From the NCBI GenBank assembly GCA_049512075.1, contig JBEKXL010000010.1:10775-74774 (forward strand): a DNA stretch of 64,000 nucleotides. Direction: 5' to 3'. Both the position numbers and the translations under genes were made by a program. Position 1 is the first letter of the stretch, and each line of letters opens with the position of its first letter. The stretch comes from Candidatus Bathyarchaeia archaeon (GTDB taxonomy: Archaea > Thermoproteota > Bathyarchaeia > Bathyarchaeales > Bathycorpusculaceae). Positions 48,472 through 58,720 of this stretch are shown here, piece by piece. The notes beneath the pieces are model-generated. The model was not told where the DNA came from. It worked only from the letters and a program-made list of their open reading frames with translations, and did not search any database.

Positions 48472-49101
48472 ATGTATGAGCATCGTTACAAGTACGGCAA
48501 ACAGAAGGCCATAATGACTGTTGAAGAGTTCAAAGAGAAGCTAGAGGCTTCCCCGGTGAAACTTGAACAGAAGGCTTTTCTTGTTCTTTTGTGGCATTCT
48601 GGAGCGCGAAAAAGTGAGGTGTACGAAAGAGTCAAAGATGACATAGAAATCACTGAAGCACATGTCATTGTTGATTTTCATCAGCGGAAGAAACATGGTG
48701 AGACCGTGCCGCCTTTGAAGATTCCTAGGAAGTTCTACGGTGTCGAAGAATATCTTGTGCCACACCTCTTGAAACCTAAAAGGGTGAATTCCAAAACAGT
48801 CTATTCTTATGAAACATGTGAAGGAAAGCCAGTCATACATTCGAGCCAGGTAGAAGCCAAATGGCTCTTTCCTCAAATCGGCAGCTCAACAGCCTGGCGC
48901 GCATCTAAGAAAGTTTTAGGTGAAGAGTTCTATCCTCATTACTTCAGACTGAGGAAACTGAGCAAGATAGGAATGAACCGGGAGAAAGGCAGCATAACAC
49001 ACCTCAAAGCAGTTAGTGGAATCAAAAGCCTGAAGGCGCTAGAAGCCTACTTGGGATATGATCAGGAAGCTCAGGATGAAGCAATGGAAATCAGCGAATA
49101 A
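48472..49101 (+). CDS. Minimal tyrosine recombinase (catalytic domain only)
   Basis: LWHSGARKSE, RKKHG, YPHYFR, LEAYL; no N-terminal binding domain. Confidence 0.75.
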   Translation: MYEHRYKYGKQKAIMTVEEFKEKLEASPVKLEQKAFLVLLWHSGARKSEVYERVKDDIEITEAHVIVDFHQRKKHGETVPPLKIPRKFYGVEEYLVPHLLKPKRVNSKTVYSYETCEGKPVIHSSQVEAKWLFPQIGSSTAWRASKKVLGEEFYPHYFRLRKLSKIGMNREKGSITHLKAVSGIKSLKALEAYLGYDQEAQDEAMEISE

Positions 49102-49247
49102 GAGCGGTAAATATAGGATACATAAACTAAGGGAGCCAACAGTTCAGGAAGGCCGCGCTCGCCAAGAGGAAGATGAGCGACTCAGGCCGTGCAAAAACCA
49201 GCGAAGACCTGAAACAAAAAAAGGAGTGTTGATTGAGTTCGCTTTGT

Positions 49248-51581
49248 CTAAACAACGGTGACCGTTTTGATGATGGGATATGTTGCTGCTCTGTTTCCTG
49301 CAAGATCAATGATGTAGATTTTAACAGTGTAGGTTCCAGGTGACACATTAAGGTTTGAGCTGTCTTTGCCGTTCCAGATTACGCTGTGGAAGCCGCTGGA
49401 TTGGAGAACAGTACTGAGGAGAGTTCTTTTCAGAGCGCCTGTGCTGTTATATATTCCTATCGTGGCATAGCAGCTTTCGGATAACGTGTAGTTGATCTTT
49501 GTAGTCTGAGCACTTGATGGCTTGAACGATGTCGGATAGACTGAGACGGCTGTGACGCTTGGCGGTTTAGTGTCAACGGTGACTGTGCCTGCTTTTGTCG
49601 TAAAGGCGACGCCTTGCAAGTCCTTTCCGCTGAGGCTCACTGTGTAGGTTCCGTCTGGAACTCTGTAGCCCGTGCTGTTCTTCCCGTCCCAGATGATTGA
49701 AAGGCTGGATCCGGTTCCCGTCCAAGTTCTTAACGTGGTGCTTGATGAAGTTTTCACCTGTAGGTTCCAATTCGTGGTGGAGCTGAATGTTGCTTTAATG
49801 GTGGTGTTGTCTTTTGTCCCGTCGCCGTTTGGACTGAAGGGGTTCGGTGAAATCGTGAATGAAGTAACCGTGGGTTTAGGTTCATACCGTGCAGTGTAGA
49901 CTCCGGCTGAAGTTATAGTTAACGTTGTGCTTGTTGAGCCTGTGCTCCATTGATAGAATGGGTGACCATTTGCGTCTGTGCTGGGGACTTTGAAAGTGTG
50001 GGTTCCAGTTAACCCTGTAAAGATATGTGGGGTCGTATAGCCCGTTGCGACGCCATCCTCAGTAATCGGCAGCGCTAGCCATGCGTCAACGGCACACCAG
50101 GACCAAATAGTAGCAGAGTATCCTGCTCTGTAGCGCCCAGTGTAAACTCCCGCTGAGCTGACCGTTATGGTTTTGTCTGTCCAGCCTGTGCTCCAATCGC
50201 TGAACGGGTGACCTGCGGTGTCAGTGCTTGGAAGTGTGAAGGTGTGGGTGCCGGTTAATCCCGAGAAGATGTGGGGAGTACTGTATCCTGTCGCGATTCC
50301 GTCCATAGTGATGGGTTCAGGTATCCATCCTTGAATGTAATCCCAAGCCCAAATAGTGGCAGAGTATCCTGCTCGGTACCGTGCAGTGTATATTCCCGCT
50401 GAGCTGACCGTTATGGTTTTGTCTGTCCAGCCTGTGCTCCAATCGCTGAACGGGTGACCTGCGGTGTCAGTGCTTGGAACTGCAAACGTATGCGTTCCCG
50501 TCAAGGTCGTAAACGTGTGGGGAGTCGTGTAGCCTGTGGCGACGCCGTCCATAGTGATGGGTACGCTTTGCCAGCCGTGAATGTAGTCCCAACCCCAAAT
50601 GGTAACGGAGTATCCGGTCTCCGGCGGCTCATATCTCCAGAAGTTATTATGCAAATTTGTCTCTGATGATGCGCCTCTTACACCATAGAAGTAACCGTTT
50701 GCGTTGCATAAGCCTCCACCTTCAACAGGGTTAGGTGTGTTTGCCAAAGTTTCCCAGCTGTTCGATGCAATGTGGTATCGCCAGAATCCATTAGTGTCGG
50801 AAACGCCGTTGAAACCGCCCCATGCATAGAAGTATTTGCTTCCGTCGTAGGCAAGTGAGCCTGCCCACCAGATGCTGCTTGGCACGTTTGCCATAGCAGA
50901 CCAACTGTTCTTTGAGAGGTCGTACCGCCAGAAACCACTGCCCTGTCCACCTTGAAGTGCATAGATGTAGTTTCCAGAATTCCAGGCCATAGAGCATCCG
51001 CCTCCTGCAGCAAAAGGCAGGTTTGCCATGGCGGTCCAGCTGTTCCCCGAGATGCTGTACCTAAAGAAGTGGTTTGACGTTGAAAACCCGATGGCGTAGA
51101 TGTAGTCACCGCCAGCCCATGCTAGAGCCGAATGGTATGGGTCTTCGGATAGTTTTTTCATTTGAGTCCAGCTGTTTCCTGAGATACTGTATCGCCAGAA
51201 GTCCCAGTCTCCTCCGCCGATATATCCTCCAGTGTATCCATTCAGTTTGTAGATGTAGTCTCCGCCAGTCCAAACTAAGTCTTGGCCGCTCTGCGGTGCA
51301 GATGTAGGGATGTTTGCCATGTAGGTCCAGCTGTTCCCTGAGATGCTGTACCTGTAGAACATGTTGTCAGTCTCTCCTGCGCTCATATAGATGTAGTTCC
51401 CGCCGGTCCACACAGTGCCTACTTCATACCATAGAGGTTCCGGCGTGTTAGCCATTGAAATCCACGTATTAGACGATGCATAAACAGCAGAGATTGCGAA
51501 AGGCAAAATTAAGAGCGGGAGCAACATCATAGAAACCATTAGCTTCAGCCCAAATTCTCTACATGAAATCTTCATTTTCAT
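49248..51581 (-). CDS. Secreted Kelch beta-propeller protein with three 82-aa repeats and two FlgD Ig-like domains
   Basis: Repeated GGxYIY...RYSISGNSWT.MA; GYSATIW repeats; PFSPNGDG, WDGKN.GY.VPDGTY, WNGKDS..VSPGTY. Confidence 0.85.
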   Translation of the reverse strand: MKMKISCREFGLKLMVSMMLLPLLILPFAISAVYASSNTWISMANTPEPLWYEVGTVWTGGNYIYMSAGETDNMFYRYSISGNSWTYMANIPTSAPQSGQDLVWTGGDYIYKLNGYTGGYIGGGDWDFWRYSISGNSWTQMKKLSEDPYHSALAWAGGDYIYAIGFSTSNHFFRYSISGNSWTAMANLPFAAGGGCSMAWNSGNYIYALQGGQGSGFWRYDLSKNSWSAMANVPSSIWWAGSLAYDGSKYFYAWGGFNGVSDTNGFWRYHIASNSWETLANTPNPVEGGGLCNANGYFYGVRGASSETNLHNNFWRYEPPETGYSVTIWGWDYIHGWQSVPITMDGVATGYTTPHTFTTLTGTHTFAVPSTDTAGHPFSDWSTGWTDKTITVSSAGIYTARYRAGYSATIWAWDYIQGWIPEPITMDGIATGYSTPHIFSGLTGTHTFTLPSTDTAGHPFSDWSTGWTDKTITVSSAGVYTGRYRAGYSATIWSWCAVDAWLALPITEDGVATGYTTPHIFTGLTGTHTFKVPSTDANGHPFYQWSTGSTSTTLTITSAGVYTARYEPKPTVTSFTISPNPFSPNGDGTKDNTTIKATFSSTTNWNLQVKTSSSTTLRTWTGTGSSLSIIWDGKNSTGYRVPDGTYTVSLSGKDLQGVAFTTKAGTVTVDTKPPSVTAVSVYPTSFKPSSAQTTKINYTLSESCYATIGIYNSTGALKRTLLSTVLQSSGFHSVIWNGKDSSNLNVSPGTYTVKIYIIDLAGNRAATYPIIKTVTVV
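50148..50479. repeat. 86-bp identical intragenic direct repeat, period 246 bp
   Basis: 50148-50233 equals 50394-50479. Confidence 0.9.
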
Positions 51582-51741
51582 CAATCTCCAAATTTTCCTT
51601 GTCAGTGCCACAAGCATTGTAATTGCTAGTTAATATAATCTATGAAAGATAGTTCTATTGCTTTATTAGCCACGCGCTTCCATATCGCTGATTAGACTCG
51701 CTCCACCTCATGCGTGCACTGGCGCCTAACTCAAGATCATT

Positions 51742-52158
51742 CTAAGAACATGCCCCATTAACTTCGATCTGTTCTTGATTGGATATTGTGAATAGGTCAG
51801 GTCTCTGCTGCTTCAGGTTGACCAAGGCATCACTCAGAGTGCCCTCTAGAAGAAGTCTGTCCCATGCGATGATTCCTTCAAGTTTCGTTTTCTCTTTCTT
51901 AAGAATGTCCGTTTCGGAGTCCAAAGCGGTTTTCTCTCTATGAAGGTTGTTCACTATTTTGTTTAGTTCGTCTCTTTGTTGAAAAAGAGCTTTGGTTTCG
52001 TCTTGTACTCTGATAACTAGCTGTTTCTTGTAGCGAAGATTTCTAATAGCCGCTGGAGATCTATCGAGTTTTTGAGCTATATCTCGAGCCGTTAATCCTT
52101 CTTTGGTAAAAGTCTCTAGTTGTGCCAGCTCTTCCTTTGTGGTTCTTCTGCCACCCAT
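51742..52158 (-). CDS. HTH plus coiled-coil protein
   Basis: GLTARDIAQKLDRSPAAIRNLRY followed by heptads. Confidence 0.7.
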   Translation of the reverse strand: MGGRRTTKEELAQLETFTKEGLTARDIAQKLDRSPAAIRNLRYKKQLVIRVQDETKALFQQRDELNKIVNNLHREKTALDSETDILKKEKTKLEGIIAWDRLLLEGTLSDALVNLKQQRPDLFTISNQEQIEVNGACS

Positions 52159-52360
52159 CTCTTACCGTCTCCAACAGATCTCTAATCGTCACAAACCTAT
52201 CGCTTAAGTGTCTCATAAAAGTCTCGTTTCTGTCACTTTCTGAGGAATAACTTGTTATGCACTATACTACGCACTATATCGAGTTCATGGGAAATTGATG
52301 GAAAATAGGGAGATACCCAAAGGGGGATATATACTGCGAACTATGCTGCGCGAGCGTGTA

Positions 52361-52738
52361 CTACTGCTTATCCTGCAATAGTTTCCTCGCTTCCTCGAGC
52401 ATTTTTTCTGCATTCGCTGATCTTGATAGTTCAAGCGTGCCAATGAGTTGAAAGAGATTCTTCTCATGCTCAGCAGAAAACTTCAGCAGTGCTTTCAGCA
52501 ACTCTGGGGAGATCTGTTCCTTTAAACTGAAATAGACTCCGGGAGGCCTTAATTTTGTATGAACTACTCGGAAAACCTTGCCTTCCTCCGTCAGCCTATC
52601 TAGAACCTTCTTGCTTCCGCTTTCTGAATAAGCACGCTTGAAATGTTTCTGAATATACTTCAGAAGGTCACTTTCCCTAGTATTGCCAAATTCAGACAAA
52701 TAGTCCAAAACTGCTTGTTCCACTTCCATAAAGTGCAC
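52361..52738 (-). CDS. Winged-helix protein
   Basis: VLDYLSEFG.TRESDL...KVLDRLTEEGKV. Confidence 0.65.
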   Translation of the reverse strand: MHFMEVEQAVLDYLSEFGNTRESDLLKYIQKHFKRAYSESGSKKVLDRLTEEGKVFRVVHTKLRPPGVYFSLKEQISPELLKALLKFSAEHEKNLFQLIGTLELSRSANAEKMLEEARKLLQDKQ

Positions 52739-52813
52739 CTAGTGTACTCGTTGCGTTCACCTTTCCTTCTTAGCTTCGGACAGATTAAACCTTCGGACAG
52801 AGAAGTGAAACAA

Positions 52814-52951
52814 ATGAAAAACCTAAGAATCACTGTAAGAGTGGAAGAACCCGATAGGCAGAAAATCGAACGGCTTATGCACGATGGCAAATTCAAAAAC
52901 ATGAGCCAAGTATTGCGCAGAGCTCTTCAAGAATTTCTAAAAACTCAATAG
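52814..52951 (+). CDS. 45-aa RHH/CopG regulator
   Basis: MKNLRITVRV...GKFKNMSQVLRRALQEFL. Confidence 0.8.
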   Translation: MKNLRITVRVEEPDRQKIERLMHDGKFKNMSQVLRRALQEFLKTQ

Positions 52952-52966
52952 AAGGCTCGTTTCAGA

Positions 52967-54343
52967 ATGGCCGAGGACTCTGGAGAACCAAAGAACAGAG
53001 AAAAGCTGTTCAACCATCTGAAGGAGCTTCAAAAGCCCCTTTCAATCGAGCACCTTCAGGAGATTCTCGGTTCAACTGTTAAGCATGATGATGATAACAA
53101 AGCAATCGCTTTTCTTTGCATGCTTCTCACTTACACAGAACAAGACCAAACGAATATCGGCTTTCTAGCGGAATCCAGCACTGGCAAAAGCTATATTCCC
53201 TTGGAATTGGCAGGGTATTTCCCTACTGACGATTTGATAAAACTCGGTTATGCCTCGCCACAGGCTTTCTTTTACGAGAATGGTGTTTTGATTCCGGACC
53301 CAACTGACAAGAGAGACGTGGAAGACGAAAAACGTAGGAAAATTAGAGTCATCGATCTTCACCAGAAAATCCTAATTTTCATGGACCAGCCACACGACCA
53401 ACTCCTGCAAAGATTGAGATCTCTGCTAAGTCATGATGAAAAAGAAATAGTCTCAAAGATGGTAAATAAACGTGAGAAATCCGGAAACAGAACTGAAACC
53501 GTGGTCATCAAAGGCTTTCCAACAGTGATTCATTGCACGGCCAGGTTCACAATGCAAGATCAGGAGAAAACAAGGCTCCTATTACTAAGCCCAGAAATCG
53601 ACCAAGAAAAACTCAGAGAAAGCCTTGTCTTAAAAATTGAAAAGGAAAGTGACCGCCAACAATTCGCGAAACGAATGGATGAAGACCCCGAAAGGAAATT
53701 CCTAGCAGCAAGAGTAGCAAATATCAGGTCTGCAAAAATCAAGTATGTTATCATCCCCACGGAATTCAAAGAACAGATTTATCGGCAATTCAGCGAACAA
53801 CACAAGAATTTAGTTCCAAGACATCAACGTGACATAAGCAAGCTTCTATCCATCATCAAGGGACACGCATTACTGAACTATGCAACCAGAGAGAAGCTTG
53901 AAGACCCAGAGACCAAGGATACTTCAATAATCGCAAACCTTGAAGACGTGGAAGTCGGTTTTAGACTCTATAATTCCGTAAGTGAAGCGAACGAGCTAGG
54001 ACTGTCTCCTGAACTCTTTGACATCTACAAGAAAATGAAACCACACATTCAAGAATCTGTAAATGGTCTAACTCGGAAAGAGTTACAAAAATTCTACTTT
54101 CAGGAATTCCATAAGAGCATCGGTCGAGAGGGACTTGGCAACGTACTGAAAGCTTGGGAAAACGTCGGTTTAGTCACCGAAATACCGGACCCGGTAGACA
54201 AGAGGTTCTTGAGATATGTGTGTTGCGACACGGGTACCAATTCAGACAATGAAGAACACAATAATGAAGACGCGTATCCTAATCGGTCTGATACCCCTAG
54301 TGCCAACACACATATCTCTGATTACTCTGAGGACGGTTCTTAA
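52967..54343 (+). CDS. AAA+ ATPase, MCM-related putative replicative helicase
   Basis: Walker A AESSTGKS, Walker B-like LIFMDQ, EKTRLLLL, PRHQRD, C-terminal wHTH. Confidence 0.65.
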   Translation: MAEDSGEPKNREKLFNHLKELQKPLSIEHLQEILGSTVKHDDDNKAIAFLCMLLTYTEQDQTNIGFLAESSTGKSYIPLELAGYFPTDDLIKLGYASPQAFFYENGVLIPDPTDKRDVEDEKRRKIRVIDLHQKILIFMDQPHDQLLQRLRSLLSHDEKEIVSKMVNKREKSGNRTETVVIKGFPTVIHCTARFTMQDQEKTRLLLLSPEIDQEKLRESLVLKIEKESDRQQFAKRMDEDPERKFLAARVANIRSAKIKYVIIPTEFKEQIYRQFSEQHKNLVPRHQRDISKLLSIIKGHALLNYATREKLEDPETKDTSIIANLEDVEVGFRLYNSVSEANELGLSPELFDIYKKMKPHIQESVNGLTRKELQKFYFQEFHKSIGREGLGNVLKAWENVGLVTEIPDPVDKRFLRYVCCDTGTNSDNEEHNNEDAYPNRSDTPSANTHISDYSEDGS

Positions 54344-55671
54344 TGGTTTCTTGTCCTCAATGCAGTTCAACGCTTCTTTTCAAGGATGGCTTAAGACATC
54401 TTAACGATGGCACTCAGGCTCAGCGTTATTTATGCCGGAATTGTGGCCGTCGTTTTACGCAACCTAAGATAAAGGTCCACGTCAGAGCTAAGCCCCTCAA
54501 ACTGCTTAACCCGGGTTCTAACTTGGCTGAGCAAATGGTTAGTGATAGGAAGTTCTCCTTCAAGATAGGCCCTGATAAGAGATCGTTCTTTCTTGGTGAA
54601 AATGTAGGATCGCATATTCTAGACGCCGATGTCACTATAATAGGAAAAGAGTTAAATAGTTTTCGTCACTATAGTAGTAAACGCCAATTATGCGCTCTTG
54701 AGAAGGCGAAAAAATTGGACCCAACAACCGAAACAAAAACGGTTGTGGGAGACAGAGAAACCGACCCCGGCACAATAGACCAAACGGTGAAAGGCAAACT
54801 CTTAGAATACGAGTTTTCCATGCAGAAGCAAAACTACAGTCCTGAAACAATCAGGTTAAACCGTACTTGTCTAAAAATGCTGATCAGAAACGGAGCAAAC
54901 CTACTAGATGTTGAAAGCACTAAAGCTGCTTTGGCACGTTACAAAGCTTCAGAAAACCGCAAAAGAAACGTGATTAACGCCTACACACAATTCCTAAAGC
55001 TTAACGGATTGACATGGGAAAAACCAAAGTGTGTCATAACTAGGAAGTTCCCGTTTATCCCATTGGAGAAGGAAATCGACAGTCTAATTAGCGGTTCAGG
55101 ACCAAAAATGAGCACGTTTCTACAATTGCTCAAAGACACAGCTATGAGATGCGGTGAAGCTAAACGGTTAGAATGGACCGACATAGACTTTGAAAAATCC
55201 ATTATCACATTGAACAATCCCGAAAAAGGAAGCAAGGCGAGAATGTGGAAGGCAAACGCTAAGCTCATGGGTATGCTCAGTTTAATGCCACGCGAAAGCA
55301 GCAAAGTGTTTGGAAACGGACCGATTAACAGTTTCAAAAGCACATATCAGAAAACAAGAAAACGCTTAGCGGTAAAACTTCAAAATCCACGCTTACGGAA
55401 AATCAGCTTTCACACTTTCCGCCACTGGAAAGCCACACGGCTATACCATGAAACCAAGGACCCCTATTACGTTAAAGACTTCTTAGGCCACAAGGAACTT
55501 AGAAACACCGAAATCTACATCAACATCGAAAGAACAATCTTTGAAGATTCAAACGACGGATTCACTGTTAAAGTCGCTGAAAACCCTGAAGATATCAAGT
55601 CACTCTTAGAAGTAGGCTTTGAGTACGTTTGCCAAAAGGATAACTTGATATTCCTGAGGAAACGAAAATGA
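54343..55671 (+). CDS. Tyrosine integrase with N-terminal zinc ribbon
   Basis: CPQC..KDG..QRYLCRNC; TAMRCGE, EKGS, HTFRHW, LGHK, EIY. Confidence 0.92.
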   Translation: MVSCPQCSSTLLFKDGLRHLNDGTQAQRYLCRNCGRRFTQPKIKVHVRAKPLKLLNPGSNLAEQMVSDRKFSFKIGPDKRSFFLGENVGSHILDADVTIIGKELNSFRHYSSKRQLCALEKAKKLDPTTETKTVVGDRETDPGTIDQTVKGKLLEYEFSMQKQNYSPETIRLNRTCLKMLIRNGANLLDVESTKAALARYKASENRKRNVINAYTQFLKLNGLTWEKPKCVITRKFPFIPLEKEIDSLISGSGPKMSTFLQLLKDTAMRCGEAKRLEWTDIDFEKSIITLNNPEKGSKARMWKANAKLMGMLSLMPRESSKVFGNGPINSFKSTYQKTRKRLAVKLQNPRLRKISFHTFRHWKATRLYHETKDPYYVKDFLGHKELRNTEIYINIERTIFEDSNDGFTVKVAENPEDIKSLLEVGFEYVCQKDNLIFLRKRK

Positions 55672-55720
55672 GCAACACGTTTAAAGCATGGGAAAGCGGT
55701 AACCGAAATCACCGAAATGT

Positions 55721-55794
55721 GGCCGGGGTGAGGTAGCTTGGTAGCCCATAGGCCTGTGGAGCCTAGCGCCCGGGTTCAAATCCCGGCCCCGGCC
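55721..55794 (+). tRNA. tRNA-His (GUG) with encoded G-1
   Basis: Acceptor GCCGGGG/CCCCGGC; anticodon arm TAGGC-CTGTGGA-GCCTA; T arm CCGGG-TTCAAAT-CCCGG; discriminator C. Confidence 0.93.
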
Positions 55795-55871
55795 CTAACC
55801 ATTTCTTGAAAGAACATAGAACTTTGGAGCGCACGAGGCCCATCCGACTCTGACGATTGAGCGAGAAATTG

Positions 55872-56855
55872 TCAAGCGGGTGGTTTGACATGTTTTTTGG
55901 TCTCTTCGTTCAAGCGCATCCAAGCTTCGAAATCCTTTGGCGGAGGATTTTCCTTGAACAGCTTCTTCCTTGTAGCCTCCAAAAAGGCATTCTGTGCACC
56001 CACGAATTCTGCGGCTGTCTGAAGAGTGTGCCCGGATTTGTAGGCGCTGTAGAAAACATCAGTGGTTTTCTCGCGCCAATTCTCGTCTCTTAGAATGTGA
56101 TGTTCAAGAATCACGTGGGGAACCGCTTCCACGATTTTTCTCAGACCCATCAGCCCTTTTTGTGCTTGCTCTTCGCTGACCTTAAAGCTTGTAAGATAGA
56201 GAGGTGGACCACCTACCATGAGGAGTTGAGGTTTTTCGCGGAGGACCATTTCAAGAGTGGACGTTGACATGGGTCCTTGGATATCGGGTGCAAAGAGGAA
56301 CCTTTCATCCTCAAACTCTATGGTTGCCATCAGAACCCATCCTAGCTCCGAGTTTTCAAGTCCATGAGGGACAGGCTCTGAGAATCTAATGTTTGTGTTC
56401 CCAAGTGTGAAGGTTTTTCCGTCAGCGACTTCAAACTTTGAAACGTATCTTCCGCTTGTTTTCTGGAAAAGCCACCCTCTTTCCCGTTGACTGTAGTTAA
56501 TCTGCTCCTTGGGGTTTTTCGCCAGAACTTTCTTGCCCTCGTATATCTGCCTCGCAGTGTCATTAGCCTGCGTCCAGTTGCAAAGCCAGTCTTCAAAAGA
56601 AGGCGTAACATGATCATGATGATAATGGCTTATTGTGACGAACTCAGCTTTCCCAGCAGCCTGAGCAATCTTCCGACGGGCCCTGATAATGGCCCTAAAC
56701 TCTTCAGGATGAGGCGGTAACCCATAACGGATGGGACAGAGAGACACGCCACCGTCCAATAGAACCCTAACATCGCTAGTTTCAACATACGTACACATAG
56801 ATCTAACACCGAGACTCTCAGCAGCCAAGGGAACAACACGAATATGCCTTAACAT
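55872..56855 (-). CDS. UPF0282-type metallo-beta-lactamase fold hydrolase
   Basis: AAESLGVRSM, ISHYHHDH, PVPHG, PDIQGP, EHHILRD; start moved to MLRHIR. Confidence 0.85.
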   Translation of the reverse strand: MLRHIRVVPLAAESLGVRSMCTYVETSDVRVLLDGGVSLCPIRYGLPPHPEEFRAIIRARRKIAQAAGKAEFVTISHYHHDHVTPSFEDWLCNWTQANDTARQIYEGKKVLAKNPKEQINYSQRERGWLFQKTSGRYVSKFEVADGKTFTLGNTNIRFSEPVPHGLENSELGWVLMATIEFEDERFLFAPDIQGPMSTSTLEMVLREKPQLLMVGGPPLYLTSFKVSEEQAQKGLMGLRKIVEAVPHVILEHHILRDENWREKTTDVFYSAYKSGHTLQTAAEFVGAQNAFLEATRKKLFKENPPPKDFEAWMRLNEETKKHVKPPA

Positions 56856-57117
56856 GACGACCCAATAAGCCCAAACTGAAGCGTATAAACCTTTTATCCA
56901 AGCTCGCTCGTTAGCTTCGCTTAGCTGGCGATGAAGACTCTGGCCCCCATGAATCCAAGATGATTGTGATCTTGAGTGCGGAGCCCGCTCTGGCATTTGA
57001 GGCCAAGCAACCTCAGATGCCAAAAACATTTAAGAACAGACGCATCTGCGCGAGGTACCCTGTTCACCATATCTCGGCTTCAAATGTGAGCTGAATGGCC
57101 TGAAAAGATGGTTTTCT

Positions 57118-57144
57118 GTTGATGCTTTTGTATACGGGAGCATT
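57118..57144 (+). repeat. Copy of the intergenic motif
   Basis: GTTGATGCTTTTGTATACGGGAGCATT; 22 bp identical to 48393-48414. Confidence 0.85.
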
Positions 57145-57230
57145 TTTGGGGTAATGGAGCGTGGAATCAGGCTATATTGTCCCACGACTTACTCATCGTC
57201 TGTGGAACGCCTGGTTTGCGGCGCGCGTTT

Positions 57231-57812
57231 CTACTTTTCTTTGGGTGGCTTTTCCCAGAGTTCGAATTTTCTCTTTTTGAGTTCTCTCCGTTTTCTCTGC
57301 AGGAACCTGTAAACAGTGCCGTGCATGCTGCCCTTGACAAGCATTTCTATAGCTTCTCGGGCAATCTGAACCTGCTCGACGGTTCCGATTATGCCCACCG
57401 TGTGACCGTAAACCGACACGCTCGTGTCCGTGAGTTCCTCGATTATTCGGCGGGTTTTACCGTTCATTCCGATTATTCTTCCCTGAACCCTCTTGATGTC
57501 AGCGTCAGACTTACCGAAAACGCTCCGCAAGTCTATTAGATCTAGCATGGCCTCTTCGTCGCGCACCAGCCGAAAAGCATGTTCAGGGGAGAAGCCTCTT
57601 CCGATGGCCGTTACCAAGTCCTTGGCCTTGAAAAGCGTTGAAGGATCATCGGCCTTCTCAGCCAGAGCGATTATAACGTCGCCAGCTTCGCTGTCGATTT
57701 GAAGTTCCACGCTCAGCTTCTCTTCGATGTGCTTCTTAGTTTTTCCTTCTGGTCCGATCAGAACGCCCACACGTTCTCTCGGAATCTTCAGAAACGTATT
57801 AGCTCTCGCCAC
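57231..57812 (-). CDS. KH-domain ribosome biogenesis protein (Dim2/Pno1 type)
   Basis: VLIGPEG, AIGRGFSPE, GRIIGMNGKTR, HGTVY. Confidence 0.92.
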   Translation of the reverse strand: MARANTFLKIPRERVGVLIGPEGKTKKHIEEKLSVELQIDSEAGDVIIALAEKADDPSTLFKAKDLVTAIGRGFSPEHAFRLVRDEEAMLDLIDLRSVFGKSDADIKRVQGRIIGMNGKTRRIIEELTDTSVSVYGHTVGIIGTVEQVQIAREAIEMLVKGSMHGTVYRFLQRKRRELKKRKFELWEKPPKEK

Positions 57813-58608
57813 GGCCGGTAACCCTCTTGTAGCTCTCGTCTATCGATGGAACCTTGACGCCCAGTCGACCGAAATATTTGTTCAAGTTAGTCAAGTCTCT
57901 CCGCAACAGAAAATCCGCCATAGGATGAACCAGGAGGACAGCCTGTGAAACATCAAACAGGATGGGCCGCCCTCTCCACACCATGATGTTGTACTCGCTC
58001 AAATCCCCGTGGACCAGCTCAGCCTTCCTGTAAAGTCTCTCCAGGTAAATCAAAAGCGTCTCGTAGATTTTCTCAGGATTTTTCGGGGTTTTTTCCTTCA
58101 GCGAGGGTGCACCCTCCCCGTTCTCGCCGATGAACTCCATGACAAGCACGTTATTTCTTACAGCAATAGGTCTTGGCACTCTGACTTTAGCGCGTGTGGC
58201 AAGCTCCAAGTTCTTGAACTCCTTCTGGGCCCACGCAAAAATCAGTGAACGAGTGTCATGCTTCACATCTTTGAATCGCGGGTCTCCTTCGATGTATTTG
58301 ACGAGGCCCTTGCGAAATTCCGCGGAAACGACCAAGTAAATTTTGATCGCTAACTCTTTTCCTTCCTTGGTTTTTCCCCAGTAGACCCGGGACTCCTTCC
58401 CAGCTCTTATGACACCGTGAATCTCATTAATCGTGCCCTTGTTCATTAAGTCGTAGACTACCATCAGCGTTGAACGATCAAAAACTTCTTCGAGAACCGC
58501 TCTATCGGATGAAAAGTCTTTGGTCAGCATCTTTTGATCGCGCTCGTAGGACTGCTCTTTCCTCGTTAGCTTGTCTTCGGCTCTCTGCGCCCGCTGCCTG
58601 CTCATCAA
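57799..58608 (-). CDS. rio1: RIO1 serine/threonine kinase
   Basis: GKESRVY, AIKIY, WAQKEFKNL, LVHGDLSEYN, FDVSQAV. Confidence 0.92.
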   Translation of the reverse strand: MMSRQRAQRAEDKLTRKEQSYERDQKMLTKDFSSDRAVLEEVFDRSTLMVVYDLMNKGTINEIHGVIRAGKESRVYWGKTKEGKELAIKIYLVVSAEFRKGLVKYIEGDPRFKDVKHDTRSLIFAWAQKEFKNLELATRAKVRVPRPIAVRNNVLVMEFIGENGEGAPSLKEKTPKNPEKIYETLLIYLERLYRKAELVHGDLSEYNIMVWRGRPILFDVSQAVLLVHPMADFLLRRDLTNLNKYFGRLGVKVPSIDESYKRVTGRGES

Positions 58609-58692
58609 GTTCCCCCTTTTTTCTCTCTTTGTTATTACCGCTCTTGGTTTATATCAATATTGATGGGAAAAGCCTATGAGGTCACTAAATAG

Positions 58693-58720
58693 TGGGCGGG
58701 GTGGGATTTGAACCCCCGTC
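58693..58720 (-). pseudogene. tRNA 3'-end fragment (T arm and acceptor strand CCCGCCC-A)
   Basis: GACGGGGG-TTCAAAT-CCCAC-CCCGCCC-A; no D or anticodon arm upstream. Confidence 0.7.

Larger units (their letters stand above)
48321..55735. mobile_element. 7.4-kb integrated plasmid-like element at tRNA-His
   Basis: 15-bp direct repeats; integrase next to the tRNA; helicase-like ATPase, RHH/wHTH regulators, second recombinase, cargo gene. Confidence 0.85.
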
